Positions 36,021 to 49,695 of a stretch of 64,000 nt of DNA are shown here, piece by piece. The notes beneath the pieces were generated by a model, which worked only from the letters and a program-made list of their open reading frames with translations, searched no databases and had not been told where the DNA came from. The stretch covers positions 19,222,001-19,286,000 of the forward strand of contig NC_045696.1 in NCBI RefSeq assembly GCF_009834535.1, given 5' to 3'. The DNA comes from Camelus ferus (Eukaryota). Positions within the stretch are counted from its first letter, which is position 1, and each line of letters starts with the position of its first letter. A program made the translations under genes and the position numbers.

Positions 36021-37879
36021 CTTGTAGAAGACATTACTACTTAAATAATTTTCATTTCAAGTGAGGTTGAAATACTTTAAGAAATATTCATTACCTAACT
36101 GAAAGGAAGTTTGGTCATCTAATAAAAGCTACAGATACTGTCAAATAACATCAGGTTAGTAGTGTCTTTTCAACTCGACGTGTCAAAGTGGAAGCACAGT
36201 TAAAATAGAGCAAGAAATACACAGTCCTTAAAGGCCTATTGATTTTTTTCTTTTGACATTTGTAGGTATGAATGTCAACACAAATTCAAGTGTGTAAAAG
36301 AAATAATGTATTTTCCCCAATGATTCAAGTTAATTTCTATTTTGAATGCCCATAGTACTGAGTTGAAGACTTTCACTCACTCAACCTGGGGTTTTTTCCT
36401 CAATTCTGAGATGTTGCTGGGATCACTTAATTCTTGAGGTAATATCTCCATATGGGAATCCTGAGATACTTCTTCATCCCATCTGATCTTCATTTATTTT
36501 TTCATTTATTCAGATGATCATTGAAATACTCCTCTGCTGACTTTATTCAGAGTCTATTGTTCTTGTGCTATTTCCACACCAATCCTAATGCCATGAGCAT
36601 CTTCTCTGGCTTCTTTGTCACCCTGAGGATGGAAACCCAGGAAATGTTATTTGTCACCTTTATCAACTTAATGTTGAAAGCCTCCATTCCCAGTTAGGGT
36701 GGACCATTTCCAGTTAGGATGGACACAGATTAGCCTAAATGCTTTGGCATGACAGAGAGTGAACCACCGAGGGAAAAACAACAACAAAATCAACATTTAT
36801 CACATGCAAAAGAAAATGCAGCCACATTTTGAAACAGCATATTTTCTGTAATATTGCAAGGCTTAAATCATGCCCTTAAATTCACCTTCAGTCTGCGGTC
36901 ACCTAAGTCCTTTAGCTTTCCTTCGTGAAGCAAATGGATAAGTAACCATTCAGCTGAGAAGCTAATTCAATTCACTGAAACACCAACCACGCACAATTTT
37001 AATATCAGTAATGTGGTTGGCAACAATGAGGAAAGTTTGTACGCACTAGCACAGACGCTAAAAATTGTACCCGGGAGAAAGATGAGGAGAAACATATGGT
37101 ATTCATAATGTTAGTGATTAAATCTCAAGGAGCATAGAAAAGAAACATTAACCAGCCCCACAAAATGGAATTAAAGAACATCAATAATGGTTCATACATT
37201 CATGAGGAATTACGTGGGGGGAAAAAACAGGTTTAACAAGAAAATGTGAGTTCAAATTGATAAACTTACCCCAAAAGGCAGAAATAAGTTCCAAATGCTA
37301 TCAAGCCCGAGTCCCAGCTGTTAGGAAGAATTGACTTGTCATATAATAATTAGCTTTGGGTCCCTGAACACCCACCAAACACACCCATACATATAGACAA
37401 CCATGCACACATGCTTTACTCTTTTTATATATAATTGTAATAAACTTTAGGTCATAGACTGTTTTAATTATGCAGGCTTATTTGTGGCACTAAATAATTC
37501 ATACACTTATTTCAAATTTGTCTTAATAATGAAGTTGATACTTTCATCATCCGTGTAAATAAAATGGTAGTTTGTCAGATTGAACAAGGTGACATCATGG
37601 TCTGAAACTCAAATATCTAATCCCAGTGTTAAGCTAACTCATAAGACTGCTAATGACCCAGGAAGAAAACAGAAAATTTTGCAGAATAGATGCTTAATGA
37701 ATATTTATTTTTTAATTAATACATTTAAAAATAGTGAGCAAAAGAGAAAGGGAGAGAAGGAACCACGGAAATGAAGGAAAACAGGGGAGGGAGGGAAAGG
37801 GGCAAGAAAGCTGAAAAGGAGGGAGGGAAGGAGACAGAGAAAGAAGTAACAGAAAAGAAGAATTTTCAGAAACTCCAGT

Positions 37880-38700
37880 GATAAATATGCAAAACTCCTC
37901 CTTACACCATTCTTACTATTACCATTAGTACTTTCTTCTTTAAACTTAAACATAACTTTGTGGCATCAATCAGTTTTTCACAGCAGAGATGGAGAATCCT
38001 ATTCCTTTCAATATTACCATATTCTTCCACTTAGTTTAAACCCAGAAGCCATTTTAAGCAATTCACTTTCCTTTGACACAAATTCCAATAGCTCCTTATA
38101 AACTATAGATACTTCCTTCTGAAGCATCCATAGTTCTTTTAAATACCTGTTTCTACCACCAGATTTAGATTGCTAACTCACCATTTTCATGATTTCCAGG
38201 CATTAGTCTCTCTCTGTAGATCAACCCAAAAGTCATTTAAAAACTATCAGATTAATTCCCCTTAAATGCTACCTGCTTGCTATTACTCCTTTCAACAGTT
38301 CTTCATTTTCTACAATATCATATTCACATTTGTACCCTCACACCATTCACAATCTTTTCCTCAGTGACTTTTCCAAACCTACCTCTCACAATTCCTAGAT
38401 ATAAAAATCCTTATTCCTATAGTGGTTGGCCCCTCGACACTTTTTTTCATATTCCTTCTTTGCCGTCTTTGTTTGAGAGATTCCCTAAATGGAATACCCA
38501 GGGTCCCCTTTTCCCTAACCTTCTTTTTATGAATATTATCCCCATTCCTGTTGCAAGCTTATCTACCCAGCCCGGCCCCTGGTATGACCTGTTCACTGAC
38601 CACAGCTTCTGTCAGCACACTTATCCAGCACATGTCACACAATGTTCAATGTTTTTAGTTAACATTTCCCAGAGGATAGCAACCCCATCCTTATTATAGG
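37880..38700 (+). mobile_element. Degenerate L2 fragment
   Basis: Pyrimidine-rich L2-like segments (CCCAGAAGCCATTTT..TTTCCTT; CTCCTTTCAACAGTTCTTCATT..; GGAATACCC). Explains ORF 38277-38699. Confidence 0.5.
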
Positions 38701-38726
38701 TGACAGTGGCAAACAGATTCGGCAGA

Positions 38727-38935
38727 CAGGCGATATTTCATAGTGGTTAAGAGCACGGATAAGTTACTTAGCAACTCGGGGTCTCAGTTTTTTCATCTGT
38801 TGAATGGAGATAATTATCATATTGACCTGATACGTTGTGAAGAGTAAATGAGTTAACATGTGTAAAGCTCTGAACAGTGCTAGGGTATAGTAAATGATAT
38901 ACCGAGGTTGACTATAATACTACTACTACTAATAA
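38727..38935 (+). mobile_element. MIR with internal deletion
   Basis: ATAGTGGTTAAGAGCACGG|ATAAGTTACTT..GTCTCAGTTTTTTCATCTG..ATGGAGATAAT..TAAATGAGTTAACATGTGTAAAGC. Confidence 0.85.
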
Positions 38936-40789
38936 TGACCATTATCCTATTATTATTTGACAATAACCACATTTTCTGAGAAATTAGGCATGATATTAAC
39001 CACTTTACATATATATATACACATAATGGCATTTAATACTTATAACCTTATTTTATTTAAAAGTCAAATGGAGCTTGGGAAAGTGAGTAACTCTTTCTAG
39101 AACACTACTGTTAGGGGTGAAATTTAAATCTATCTTACTTTCAAGTTCTGTTAATAGCCCCTATATTACATAGTCTTAGCATTAGTTCCTAATAAATGTC
39201 TTTTGTTTTTACTGACATCATCTTTTGATTAAATAATACTTAATATAGTAGAAGACAAATTTTAAGGCCCTTTTAGTCTTTGATGTCCATAGCCCAACAG
39301 TTAGTTTTGTGGCTAATTATTTCTAAGTCAGACTAATTATTTTTGTGATTATCCACAATATTATTTCCAGTTTTTAAAGTCTTCAAAGATTTGTTATACT
39401 CCAATTTATCTGTTAATCTCAGTATATGTTGAATTATTCTTTCTAAAGTAGGAATAGAGAATAATAAAGTATATTAAAATAGCTGGGTTGCAAGTCAATA
39501 AAAAGTTAAGTATACAACTAGTGACAATTTGGTTTATAGGGGAAAAAATCCTCCATAATTTGTCTGTTTAAGATATTCCCACACACTAGAATATGCTTTG
39601 TGTATATAAAGAAGGGACAAGAGTAAAATGTGATCCTAAATACATTGCTACATGTGTGTTGTGTATGACTTCTTTCCTGTGAAGGCATTTGTGTTTATGT
39701 GTAAATCCAATATGAAATCAGGTCCACAAGATGCAAAGATCTATGTTGCCCTACTATCATGTGACTTCAGAGATCTACAAATATTGAAAGCTAGCCAGAC
39801 TACTTCAAGAAATCAGACTGTTAACATATAAAGTGAAAAAGCACAATATATAATTTGAGAAACCTTGAGATACTTAAAACATCTGTTAAGACTTTGAAAT
39901 AATATTTTACCTAAATTATTGTTGTTCAAACTATTCCAAAAGAAAATTTTACTAATCCAAGTGCAAAAATTATAAAACATGTGTTTAATAGGACTAAATT
40001 TTCATTGGTCATTAAACATAGTTTTATTCATTGTCACAAAGAAATAATGGACTTTTTACTTACCATTTTGCCCTGATTTAATCACACATTAATTCCTTGA
40101 ACTACTTCAGATATTTCTCTCAGCAGCATTCTTTTCAGCTAAATGTATCTGTTAAAATCTTCCTATTAATCACGACCCTTCCATCTTTTCCAACAATCTG
40201 GCTCCAGTCTTAATTTGTTTTCCATACCCTGTGGGTCTCAATTTTGAAATTAATGAAAACCAGCATAAAGATACAGTTTCTATTGCACAATTTACAAATA
40301 CTTGCGTTTTATTAACTGTTTTCTTAACTGATCATGCATTTATCTCTTATCTCCCTAAACAAAATTTTTTTTATGTTCCAAAGAAAATAATTTTACTCTG
40401 CCTTTTGTTTAGATTAATAACTGAAGGGTGGTTTTCTCAATGATTTTTTAGTTTGATTAAAATAAGAATTCCATTATTTTCCTTCATGTTTAAATACTAT
40501 AATATTAAATAGTATAGACAATACCTGAAGAGACAATATCTGACTCAAAATTTATCTTCAAATTAAAATGTGCAGAAGTTATAAATTACTTTTTAGCATT
40601 TAAACTGTATTCTAAATGCAATAGGAGCCAAAAACACTTGTATTTCAAATGGTGATTTATAAAGGAATTGTTAAGCATAATTATACTTAGTTTATAATAT
40701 TTCTATATCAACTGTGTTTTGTGCATCAATTGTATCTTCTAATTATAAGTCTCATGTATTAACTATATATTTTTTTTAAATTTTCTATA

Positions 40790-41256
40790 TTCCTGATCCT
40801 CTGGCACTAACCAGGGAGAGACTGCCGTCCAGGGTTAGTTCTTTTTTAGAAATAGCAAACAATTTTTCAGGAGTGCATTTTTCACATACAAACCAATTCA
40901 GAGCCCATACTCCCAGCCCTCTATATCCTCTATCTGAACCTCACACTCTGGTTAATATCCCCCTGCCCTAATCAGGCTTGGGCCAGGAATCCCAGAGCCT
41001 GCAGAAATTATTCAAAATAGCCAATCCTAAACCTGTTTACCCTACCTCACCCATTCCTTCCCATGGAAACCACAGTAAAGGACGTTTCCAGCTTCTCCTC
41101 CTGGTCCTCCTTCACCTCCTTTCTGAGCCTGGTGTTTCCCCATGTGACATGACATGACATCTTCGAAACTGTGGTTAACGATGTTTTCAATGATTGTTAA
41201 TTCTTTTCTGATCCTTTGGCTTCATCCTATTTGAATAATAACACCTACATTTCACA
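40790..41256 (+). mobile_element. ERVL-class LTR (MER74/MER54/LTR53 group)
   Basis: GAGCCTGCAGAAATTATTCAAAATAGCCAATCCTAAACCTG..CCCATTCCTTCCCATGGAAACCACAGTAAAGG; followed by a PBS-like motif. Confidence 0.75.
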
Positions 41257-42224
41257 AAAATTGGCACGTTGAACAGGGTGGCTTGGCCTTAGAATGGGAT
41301 GGTATGCTGCCATACTGCTCTTGGCTTAGATTGGGACTTTGATGGTTTTTGGTTGCAGATCTGTCTTTTAGACTGTGCTGTGATTTTTACATTTTGGGCA
41401 AGATTCAGAATGTTAATGCCCTTTTCTTATCGATACAGCATGGTCCAGATCACATGGTGCTATATAAAAGCAATTCATAAGTTATAAATTACCAGAAACT
41501 ATAAATTATTAGTATCAAAGATTAAAAAAATACTAAAAAATATCATTTTACTAGACAGGTAAACCATCATTTGAGATACCATAAATAAATAAGGAATTAT
41601 TATTACCAATTATATAAATTTAGGTCATGTTTTTAGTTAATTATTTGTTGTCACCCTTGCTTATTAAAATTATTTGTACACAAGTAAATAAACAAAGCTT
41701 AAAATTTTTATGAAATTTGTCACAACCTTCTGGTGGTATATGAATAATTTACTGCATATACATAATGACAATTTTTATTTGAATCAAATGGCTTGACTTA
41801 AGCTCACATAGAATCACATTTCAGCTAGAACCAAACATGGGGCCTGGATGAATAAGAATAGTTAACCTTATTTTAAACAGAAATTTCCAATTTTTTTTCA
41901 GTCCCTTAAAAACAGTTATAGATATAAAATGCTTTTATAAATTCTTGTTTTATTTTTAACTATCTAAAATTTATATGAAAGAATATAGACTAAATATGTC
42001 TGTTCTTCACCTACCAATATCCAGTAATTTTAATTGTTTGCAATATTTGATTTATCCCCTCCTATCTAAATGCATATACACAGATGCACATGTATATCTG
42101 AACACACACAGTAACACACATGTTGACATATGTAAAAATAACTTGTATAATTTACCCCAGAATACTCTATGTATCTCCTATGAAATTAAGCTCATATTTT
42201 CATTTTTTAAAGATATTAATATTT

Positions 42225-42510
42225 TTGAAAGAGTTCAGGCCAGATACCTTATATATAGAAATGAGAAAGACCACACAAATGAGAATGAGCAAAGCCTTAT
42301 TATACAAAGGAGTCAGTCAGCCTCTTTTGTGCCTTGGCAGAGTCACAGGCAGGTAGAGGAGTAGAAAAACATTATTAGAGTGGAAAAAAGAGAAGGCTTC
42401 AGTTATGCCCTGACTGGAGGCTGTTAGCATGGAGAAACTGTTTTTGAACTAATTAGATGTGTGGGGCATCCTGTGTGATTTGTTAGAAGAGGTATATCTT
42501 TGACTTTCCA
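42225..42510 (-). mobile_element. ERV LTR fragment (family uncertain) interrupting an old L1
   Basis: TGAAAGAGTTCAGGC..GAGAAAGACCAC..GTGGAAAAAAGAGAAGGCTTCAG..GCCCTGACTGGAGGCTGTT. Confidence 0.55.
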
Positions 42511-43075
42511 GATTTCATCATTATAAAAAAACTTCTACTTTTTGCCATCAATAAGTACTTTGTAAGGTAATACTCTGAGATGCTGTGAATATCTTATAAA
42601 TAGCCTATTCCCCAGAAGCACTTTACCCAATCACTTAGCTTTGTTGATGATTATTGCACAGAGGGTGGCAAGACAGTGATCTTTCCAATTCCCTCATTCT
42701 TTCTCTGCATGGTAGCTTTCGTTGTTAAGTAAATAAGAGCCTTTTCTTTACCCATCTCCCTTCTTTGTGAGAACATCCCTATAGATCCATGGAAATTTTT
42801 TTTTTTGTTATTTGAATTTTTGTAGTGAATTACAGTCAATCATTTTCTTATAACTTTCTTTCTGTTTATTTTTTAAAAATATTTAAAAATAAAGTCCATC
42901 TCAAATTTGGCCCATGGGAGCACCTTTCAACCAGGTTCTTGTTCTAGTCACACATTCACATCAGGATTTGAACACATCCCTGCTTCTTGGAACAACATAT
43001 TACGTGTTCATATTTTACTTTGTCTTAATACAGAATTAGCCATTTCACCAAAGAACATTGATCCCTTTTATTGGG
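42510..43075 (-). mobile_element. Old L1 (L1MC-type) 3' region
   Basis: CTCAAATTTGGCCCATGGGAGCACCTTTCAACCAGGTTCTTG..GAATTAGCCATTTCACCAAAGAAC; a related piece is probably at ~41950-42220. Confidence 0.65.
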
Positions 43076-43989
43076 AACACATTACTGCTTTACTTTTAAT
43101 ATGGATAAGACTGGAATAATATTTTTTTTATTGCTGGGAATATTTATTAAGAAAAACTATGTAAAATATTAATAACCTTAACATTAGAAATTCTGTAATG
43201 ACTTAAGTAACCATTATCAATATATTATATATCTCCAAATTATTTAATAATTTTCTGAGTCACTAGTTTATTAAGCCACTTTGATCATTGTACCTATCTT
43301 TTTATATGTAAATACACGAGTATCATTTGACTACATTGGTATATAAAATAGTCAAGACTTGGAAGGGACAAATTGTGTTAAGTCAGATGTTTCCTTACCA
43401 GGGACTTACCTTTTGCAATACAGCAATAAAAAAATAACATTGTCAAATTTTCTTTCAAATTTTGGGATGTGAGGAAAAACAAACTCAAGGGAAGAAGGAA
43501 AAAAGGAAGTACATGTAAAGGTTTTGAACTATTCCAGGCAGAAAAAATATTTGCTAGTAGTCATACTAGGAAGAAAACTGAAGCTCAAGTTAATAAACTA
43601 ACTCACCTGTGATCACTTAATCTTGGATGATGGAGATGAGACCCCCATATCAGGCAATATCACCCCACAGTTTCTTGTTCTAAAGTCATGAGGTAATAAG
43701 CCTTAAAAATAAGTTCAGAACAATTTATTTAAAAAGGAGATAAATGCAAGTTATAATGTTGAAATGACTGCACATTCCAACATAAAATATTTTGTTTGAA
43801 ATTTATACAGAACCTATACAAACAAATTTTTCTTTAAATTTAAGTGATTTACCAAAAAATCCAGAGAGAATTGGAATTGGGAACAGTTCCAAATTTTTTA
43901 ATTAAATCCAGTTTTACTTTTGTAAGAACATAAGGCCTACTATTAAAATTATTAAAATTATAATTGATGAAATTAAGAGAGACAAGTAT

Positions 43990-44235
43990 ACTAATAATAC
44001 AGTCATATAACGCTTACTGTATGCTACCCACTTTCCTAAGTATTATGTATTTTAATACATTTGATCCACAAGACTACCATGTGAGATAAGTTTTTATTAT
44101 TAATCCCACTGAGGAGATGATGAAACTAAAGTACAAAAAGAATAAATACACGTCTCAAGGTCACAGAACTGACAACTAGCAAAGCCAGGTTTCAAACTCA
44201 TAAAGTTGGGATCCAGAGTTCTGGCTTTTAAGTCC
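43990..44235 (-). mobile_element. MIR
   Basis: CGCTTACTGTATGC..TATTATTAATCCCACTGAGGAGATGATGAAACTAAAG..CAAGGTCACAGAACT..GCCAGGTTTCAAACTC. Confidence 0.85.
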
Positions 44236-44679
44236 CAAGAAATGCCCACATTTCAGCTTTGTGTCTGGGCATATTTCTGTTAGTAGAAATGAGGAAGGCA
44301 GAGAAAGCAAACGCTATTTCATATTTTTCTCCCAGGAAATGGGGGAGATGAGCAAAAGTTTTACATATGCTATATTTGAGTTGTCAAAAGGAAAGCTATT
44401 CAATGGAAATGCATCTGAAAAAAAAAATGTGGGACTAAATCCTAGCCCAGAAATCAGAATAGAAATTTATAATTCAACTATTATAGGGGTTATTTAAACT
44501 GAGGGAGTAGAAATAATATTAATAATAATAATAATAATTGCTATTATAATGTAATGTCTACTACAATAATTTATTTTTATATGTATGTTGTAGTTTATAA
44601 CTAGAGTTCTTTTCACATATATTATGTTACTTAACCTCATATATTATTAAATTTAATGTCAGAGATAAAGTTCTTTATA

Positions 44680-45260
44680 GAACAGAGAAGACTTTCAAGA
44701 CATCTCAGGAAGAAGAGTCAGTCAAGGAATGAGAAATGACTGTAGAGAAGAGAACTGTTCCAAATATAAACCAGATTTCAAGAGTTTGAGAAGTGGGTGG
44801 ATGATGAGCTAGTGAATGTGACAAGGTATTCTGCACTTTCAAGAGGTTTTCGGAAAAGGAGTTTAAAGTGTTGGTCAGAGCTAAAGAAAAAATAACTTTT
44901 AGGATAGGATAAACTAGAACATATTTAGAGATAGAGAAGAAAACTAATGGAGAAAAAGAAATTAAAGAGCAGAAGTGGAGAGGAGATGGTGAACGGATCG
45001 TGTTCCTTGAGACATGAGGATGAAATCAGAAACTGCCATCTTTTGTTAAAGATCATGGACAAAGTAGTAGATACGGAAAGATTCAGTAAAAAATATGGGG
45101 TTGGGAGCTAAACATTTTGAGCTGAGTGGCTTCAGAAAGGAAGTCGATAAATTAACATGTTGAGAATAAGTAATGGGAGCAGAGTATTGAGAAGAAAAAA
45201 ATGGCCTAAACATGTATGGAAGTGTACTGGGGATCAAGAAGAGAAACATTTTCAATAAAG
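44680..45260 (-). mobile_element. L2 fragment
   Basis: Purine-rich antisense L2 pattern (GAGTCAGTCAAGGAA..CCAGATTTCAAGAGTTTGAGAAGTGGGTGG..). Confidence 0.5.
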
Positions 45261-46297
45261 TCTGTGACATCTACTGGTCAACTTTCTGTCTCAAGCACTT
45301 TTAGTAAGAATATAGTTCTTAATCACTTCAGTCTTTTAAAATTAAAAAATAAGGCTCATATTTCATTATCATAATATAATTATTAGATGTTCCTTTCATT
45401 GTGCTAAGTAGGAGTCATGGTAAAATCTAAGACTGAATGAATTCTCAACTGGGCCAATAAAGGATTTCTGTCATCATAAAATGTTAAATGGAAAAAGACT
45501 TTTAATAGTAATTACCATAATCTACATTGGAGCTCAGAGAAGGCAGTAAAGTCAATCACTAAATGATTTATCAGCAATTAATGTTTCAGTGTCCATAGGG
45601 CTCTCACTGTTAACTCTGCTGAATTCTGAAAGTTATATGTGTAACAAATTAACTTTTAAAAATATCATTTAATTTCTCTAATAATTTTAATTCTATTTAT
45701 TTTAGTCTTTAATTTGTGAAGCTCTTTTTCACCCACTTGAGTGTCCAAAATATGCTACACAGCTCTAGATGGAAAACAAAATAAGAAAATCATTAAAAAT
45801 AAGAAAAAAACAATTGAATTTTGTTCCTTGCAACATATAATTTCTTTATGAATTATGAATTCTATGAAAAATACCAGAAAAATGTAAGCCCATAATTTTT
45901 GAAATTTCTATAGAATCTAGCCTTACTGTAGTGCTTTAGCAAAATCTCCTGAGGAGTCTAAAAATATCTAGACACAAATCATGCACAAAAATTAAAGAGA
46001 TGAGATGAAGAGGAAAATCACCTGAAGTTTTTGTGCCAGAACCACACTTGCATTGTTGTTGTGCAATAACAATTACTTTGTCCATTGCTTCAGTATAGAA
46101 TTATTCTGTTTACTGGATACTTATCTGGAGTATATATGAGGATTCTTTATCAAAGTTTTAGCTGGGTATTGTCTGAAAAACTGAGGTAACAAGCAAGAAG
46201 AACCCTTTAAAATCAAAGTAAAAATTAATTCTCTAAATACAATATGGCCCTCAGGGACAAGATTCCCAGAGTCAATTATGACACCGCTTGCAGTTTT

Positions 46298-46808
46298 TAT
46301 GCAATTTCTTATGTCTGCTGTAACAAATTACCACAAACTTCATGGCTTAATGCAATACAAATGTATTGCCTTACAGTTCTGGAGGCCACAAGTTCAAAAT
46401 CACTTTCAGTGGGCTGAAACTAAGATGTGCTCCTGGCCAAGCTTCTTTGGAAGGCATTAAGGGAGAATTTGTCTCCTCTCCTTTTCCAGCTGCTAAAGTT
46501 GTACCTCTTGACTCATGGACTCCTCCTCCATCATCAAAGTCAGTGACAAACTCCTTTTCTCTCTGCCTCTGCTTCTCCCTACTTTCTTCCCATGGCTTTC
46601 TTCTTCTGTAGCCTGTGCCAAATATCTCTTATATAAGGATACCTGTGATAGCATTTAGAATCCACCTGGATAATTCAAAATAATCCTCCTATCTCAAGAT
46701 CCTTAACTTAATATCCACAAAGTCCTTTTTGCTGTATATGGTAACATTCATAGGTTTCATGGATTAGGATGTGGGTATCTTTGGAGAATCCACTATTCAG
46801 CCTACACA
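46298..46808 (-). mobile_element. MaLR solo LTR (MLT1C/D-like)
   Basis: CTGCTGTAACAAATTACCACAAACTT..TTACAGTTCTGGAGGCC..ATCTCAAGATCCTTAACTTAAT..ATTCAGCCTACACA. Confidence 0.9.
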
Positions 46809-47233
46809 GCATATAAGGCATACAATAATCTATAGCATGGTGTCTAATGTGTTTCCCTTTATCTGATGTATGACAAGAAAACTGTCAGGAAAACCCTTAA
46901 TAATTGAGAACTTGCATACTGAAATGAGCATATGGTATCAGAAAGTCATGCTTCTACAAATCTTTGGAAAGTAGAGGCTGAGCTCCAGCTCTGAGCTGTC
47001 ACTTGCTTCACCCACAGATCTCCAAGAACTGACAACTGTAAGGACATCTCCCAGCCACAACATTTTTCTCTCAAAAACATTACTTAGCAAGTGTTTGCCT
47101 ATGAACAAAAGAGGAGAAATATAACAATGAAAGCAGAGTATCATTAGATCAAATGAAAACCAAGAACCAGGTATATCCAAAATGCAGTGAGAATAATGTT
47201 TGGGAAAAAGAATTCCAGACAATTGGTAGAGAG

Positions 47234-47236
<3 letters not shown>

Positions 47237-47292
<56 letters not shown>

Positions 47293-47412
47293 TATAATAT
47301 TTTATATTTTTATATAAATATATACATATATATTTATAATATTACATATATTATATATACACACACACACATATATATGTATATACACAATAACATATGT
47401 TATATATATATA
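47237..47412. repeat. Compound (TA)n/(CA)n microsatellite and AT-rich low-complexity tract
   Basis: (TA) run 47237-47274, (CA) run to ~47292, then degenerate TA/CA. Confidence 0.95.
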
Positions 47413-48537
47413 ATCGATGATTGATCATATAACAAATATGTGGGATATGACAGTCTGGATTAAAGGTGTTGACTTAATGGTATCTATCAGACAGCACATG
47501 GCAGAAAATGTAAGCAGGGTATAAAATATTTTTGTTAAAACTGTAGATCAGTCAGAGCATATGACATACACTTAGTTTTAATTTTAAATGAGAAAGGACA
47601 ACTGTGCCTTAGCAGAGAGCTAGACATATTTTGACATGGCTTATTGTAGCATCAGAAATGGGTGAATTCAGATCTTCACAAGTTCCTAATCCAGACATGA
47701 GGCTCAGTGTCTGTGTGCCATTAATTGGGGTATTATGTGCTGTCATCTTTGTTAGTTAACTCTTCATATGTTTATATAATATATATTCAACTAAAATTTT
47801 CATCCCTAGTGGGATAGAGCATAGTTTAGGCATAAGACATAAGCACACATAGCAATAAATACTCTAAGAAAAATATTATTTCCTTTTTGACAATGGCAAA
47901 CCCAGGTACTCAAAGTTAATTGTGTTTTGAAGTCACTCAAGCAAAGCTTTTTCATCTATTATAATGCCTAGGATACTGCCTGATATATAGTATGTAATCA
48001 GCAGAAACATACTGAACAGAACTCATTAACATTATTTGTAAAAAATAATCTGTACCCAGCTAAATAAATTATTTTCAAAACAAGCAAAAAAATTATTAGC
48101 CAAATAAGATTTTTTCTGTGGAAAAATAATAAGACTTAGCCATGATCTGAAGAATGTACCTTCCTCATCTTTCATCTGTCCTTTGGAATCATGACTTGAA
48201 TTCATAGACATTTATCAGATGATTTACCAGGGCTTAAGATAGCTTCTCAGAGTGAGAAAAGAGAAGGTGGGTGTTACAGAGATTGTTCCATCTGGGCACA
48301 GAGCCAACCAAAATAAAAACTACATTTGTAAGTCTAGTTTGGGAATAGGTATAGTTTTGAGACTAAGTCAGGATGCTGGGATATAAGCAATCATAACTTT
48401 TGCAGCTATTGAAATGTATAAGGAATGGGTCAAACTCATCTCCTTTTTTCTTCCTTTTTGCTGGTTGGAATGTGTACATAAATGGTTGTAGCCGGGAATA
48501 CCATCCTGGACCATGGGAAATCCTTGTGAAGGGAGGC

Positions 48538-48970
48538 TGTCGCAGATTGAGTCCTTGAAGTGGACACTGAAATGGAGTTTGGCATGGATAATATTTATTA
48601 ATAGTGCCTTTTGGACCATCCACAGTAGAAGTAAGGAAAAGGAAACAAGGTTAGACGGGAAGAAGCTGAACTGAGATGGAGCTCCCACAATATCCTCCAG
48701 CAACCTTATGAGGTCTGTGGAGCTATAATTGCCCCTCAAAATAGTCCCATGGTGGGTTAAAGTAGGCAAGGCTTTATGTTCCTGTGTTGATCAGTCACTG
48801 GCTGAGGGCAACCCTGGGAAAGCATAAGACCTTGGGAGAGGCAGCTCTTTGCAGCTGAAGCACCTTCTCAGGGGCTGACAACTGTATGCTCACAGATCAT
48901 CAACAAGTAGGAAGACAAACCCTTCAATGCTGGCATCAGATGGTTCAAACCATTGTTCAATACAGTGGCC
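48538..48970 (-). mobile_element. ERVL LTR (LTR16A-like)
   Basis: GACCTTGGGAGAGGCAGCTCTTTGCAGCTGAAGCA..GGGGCTGACAACTG is the reverse complement of the LTR16A core. Explains ORF 48368-48769. Confidence 0.75.
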
Positions 48971-49439
48971 ATACCCAGTGGGTAATAAAATAGAGAAGCA
49001 TCATGAATCCTGGAACTCTGACAGAACTTTCCAGTCTTGGAATGCCAACCTCTGGACCTTGACATGAGAGGAAAAATTCGAACACACTTACTGTAACATC
49101 TCCTCCACTAGCATATCTTTTATTACCATCTTTATGACCACACCTCCCAAAACGTATCTCTAATCTAGATCAAGTGCCAGAATTGTACAGTATACGAAGT
49201 ACTTGGCATTTCCAGTTGAAATAATGACTGCAACTTTATTTCAGTTTCACCAAATTAAAATCAACATCATCCCTCACCAAACACGTTTTCTTTTTGTACG
49301 ACTAATCTCAGTATATGGCACAAAAACCCATGTAGATGTTCTTATTTCACAGTCCAGATTCTTATCTCAGCTCACAAAGCACTTCATGAGTTGACCTTTT
49401 TTTATTCCATTTCATGACATTCCCATCATCAGTTTAAAA

Positions 49440-49695
49440 CCCCCCTTAGTTCTAACAAGAGGCTATTTTCTCTCTATTCTCTAATCCTTTGTCCACACCA
49501 TTTCCTCTGCCTATACTCTTATAATCTTTTCCCTTCCAATTAACTTGTAATTCAATTGCATTTGCAATTATTTATTTCCAAACAAAGCATTGTAATCTCA
49601 TTATACTGCTGTGTCTCCAGCACCTACAAAATGCCTGGCCCACACTAGGTCTGTATTAATCTCGAGCAGATGAATGAGTACATGTATGAATGAAA
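49440..49695 (+). mobile_element. L2 3' end
   Basis: CTGCTGTGTCTCCAGCACCTACAAAATGCCTGGCCCACACTAGG..ATGAATGA. Confidence 0.7.

Noticed and set aside
38277..38699. Longest ORF in the window (140 aa)
   Set aside because: TTG start, lies in a decayed L2-like pyrimidine-rich tract, no recognisable domain.
41975..42364. 129-aa ORF
   Set aside because: Runs across an old L1 remnant/LTR junction; no protein-family resemblance.
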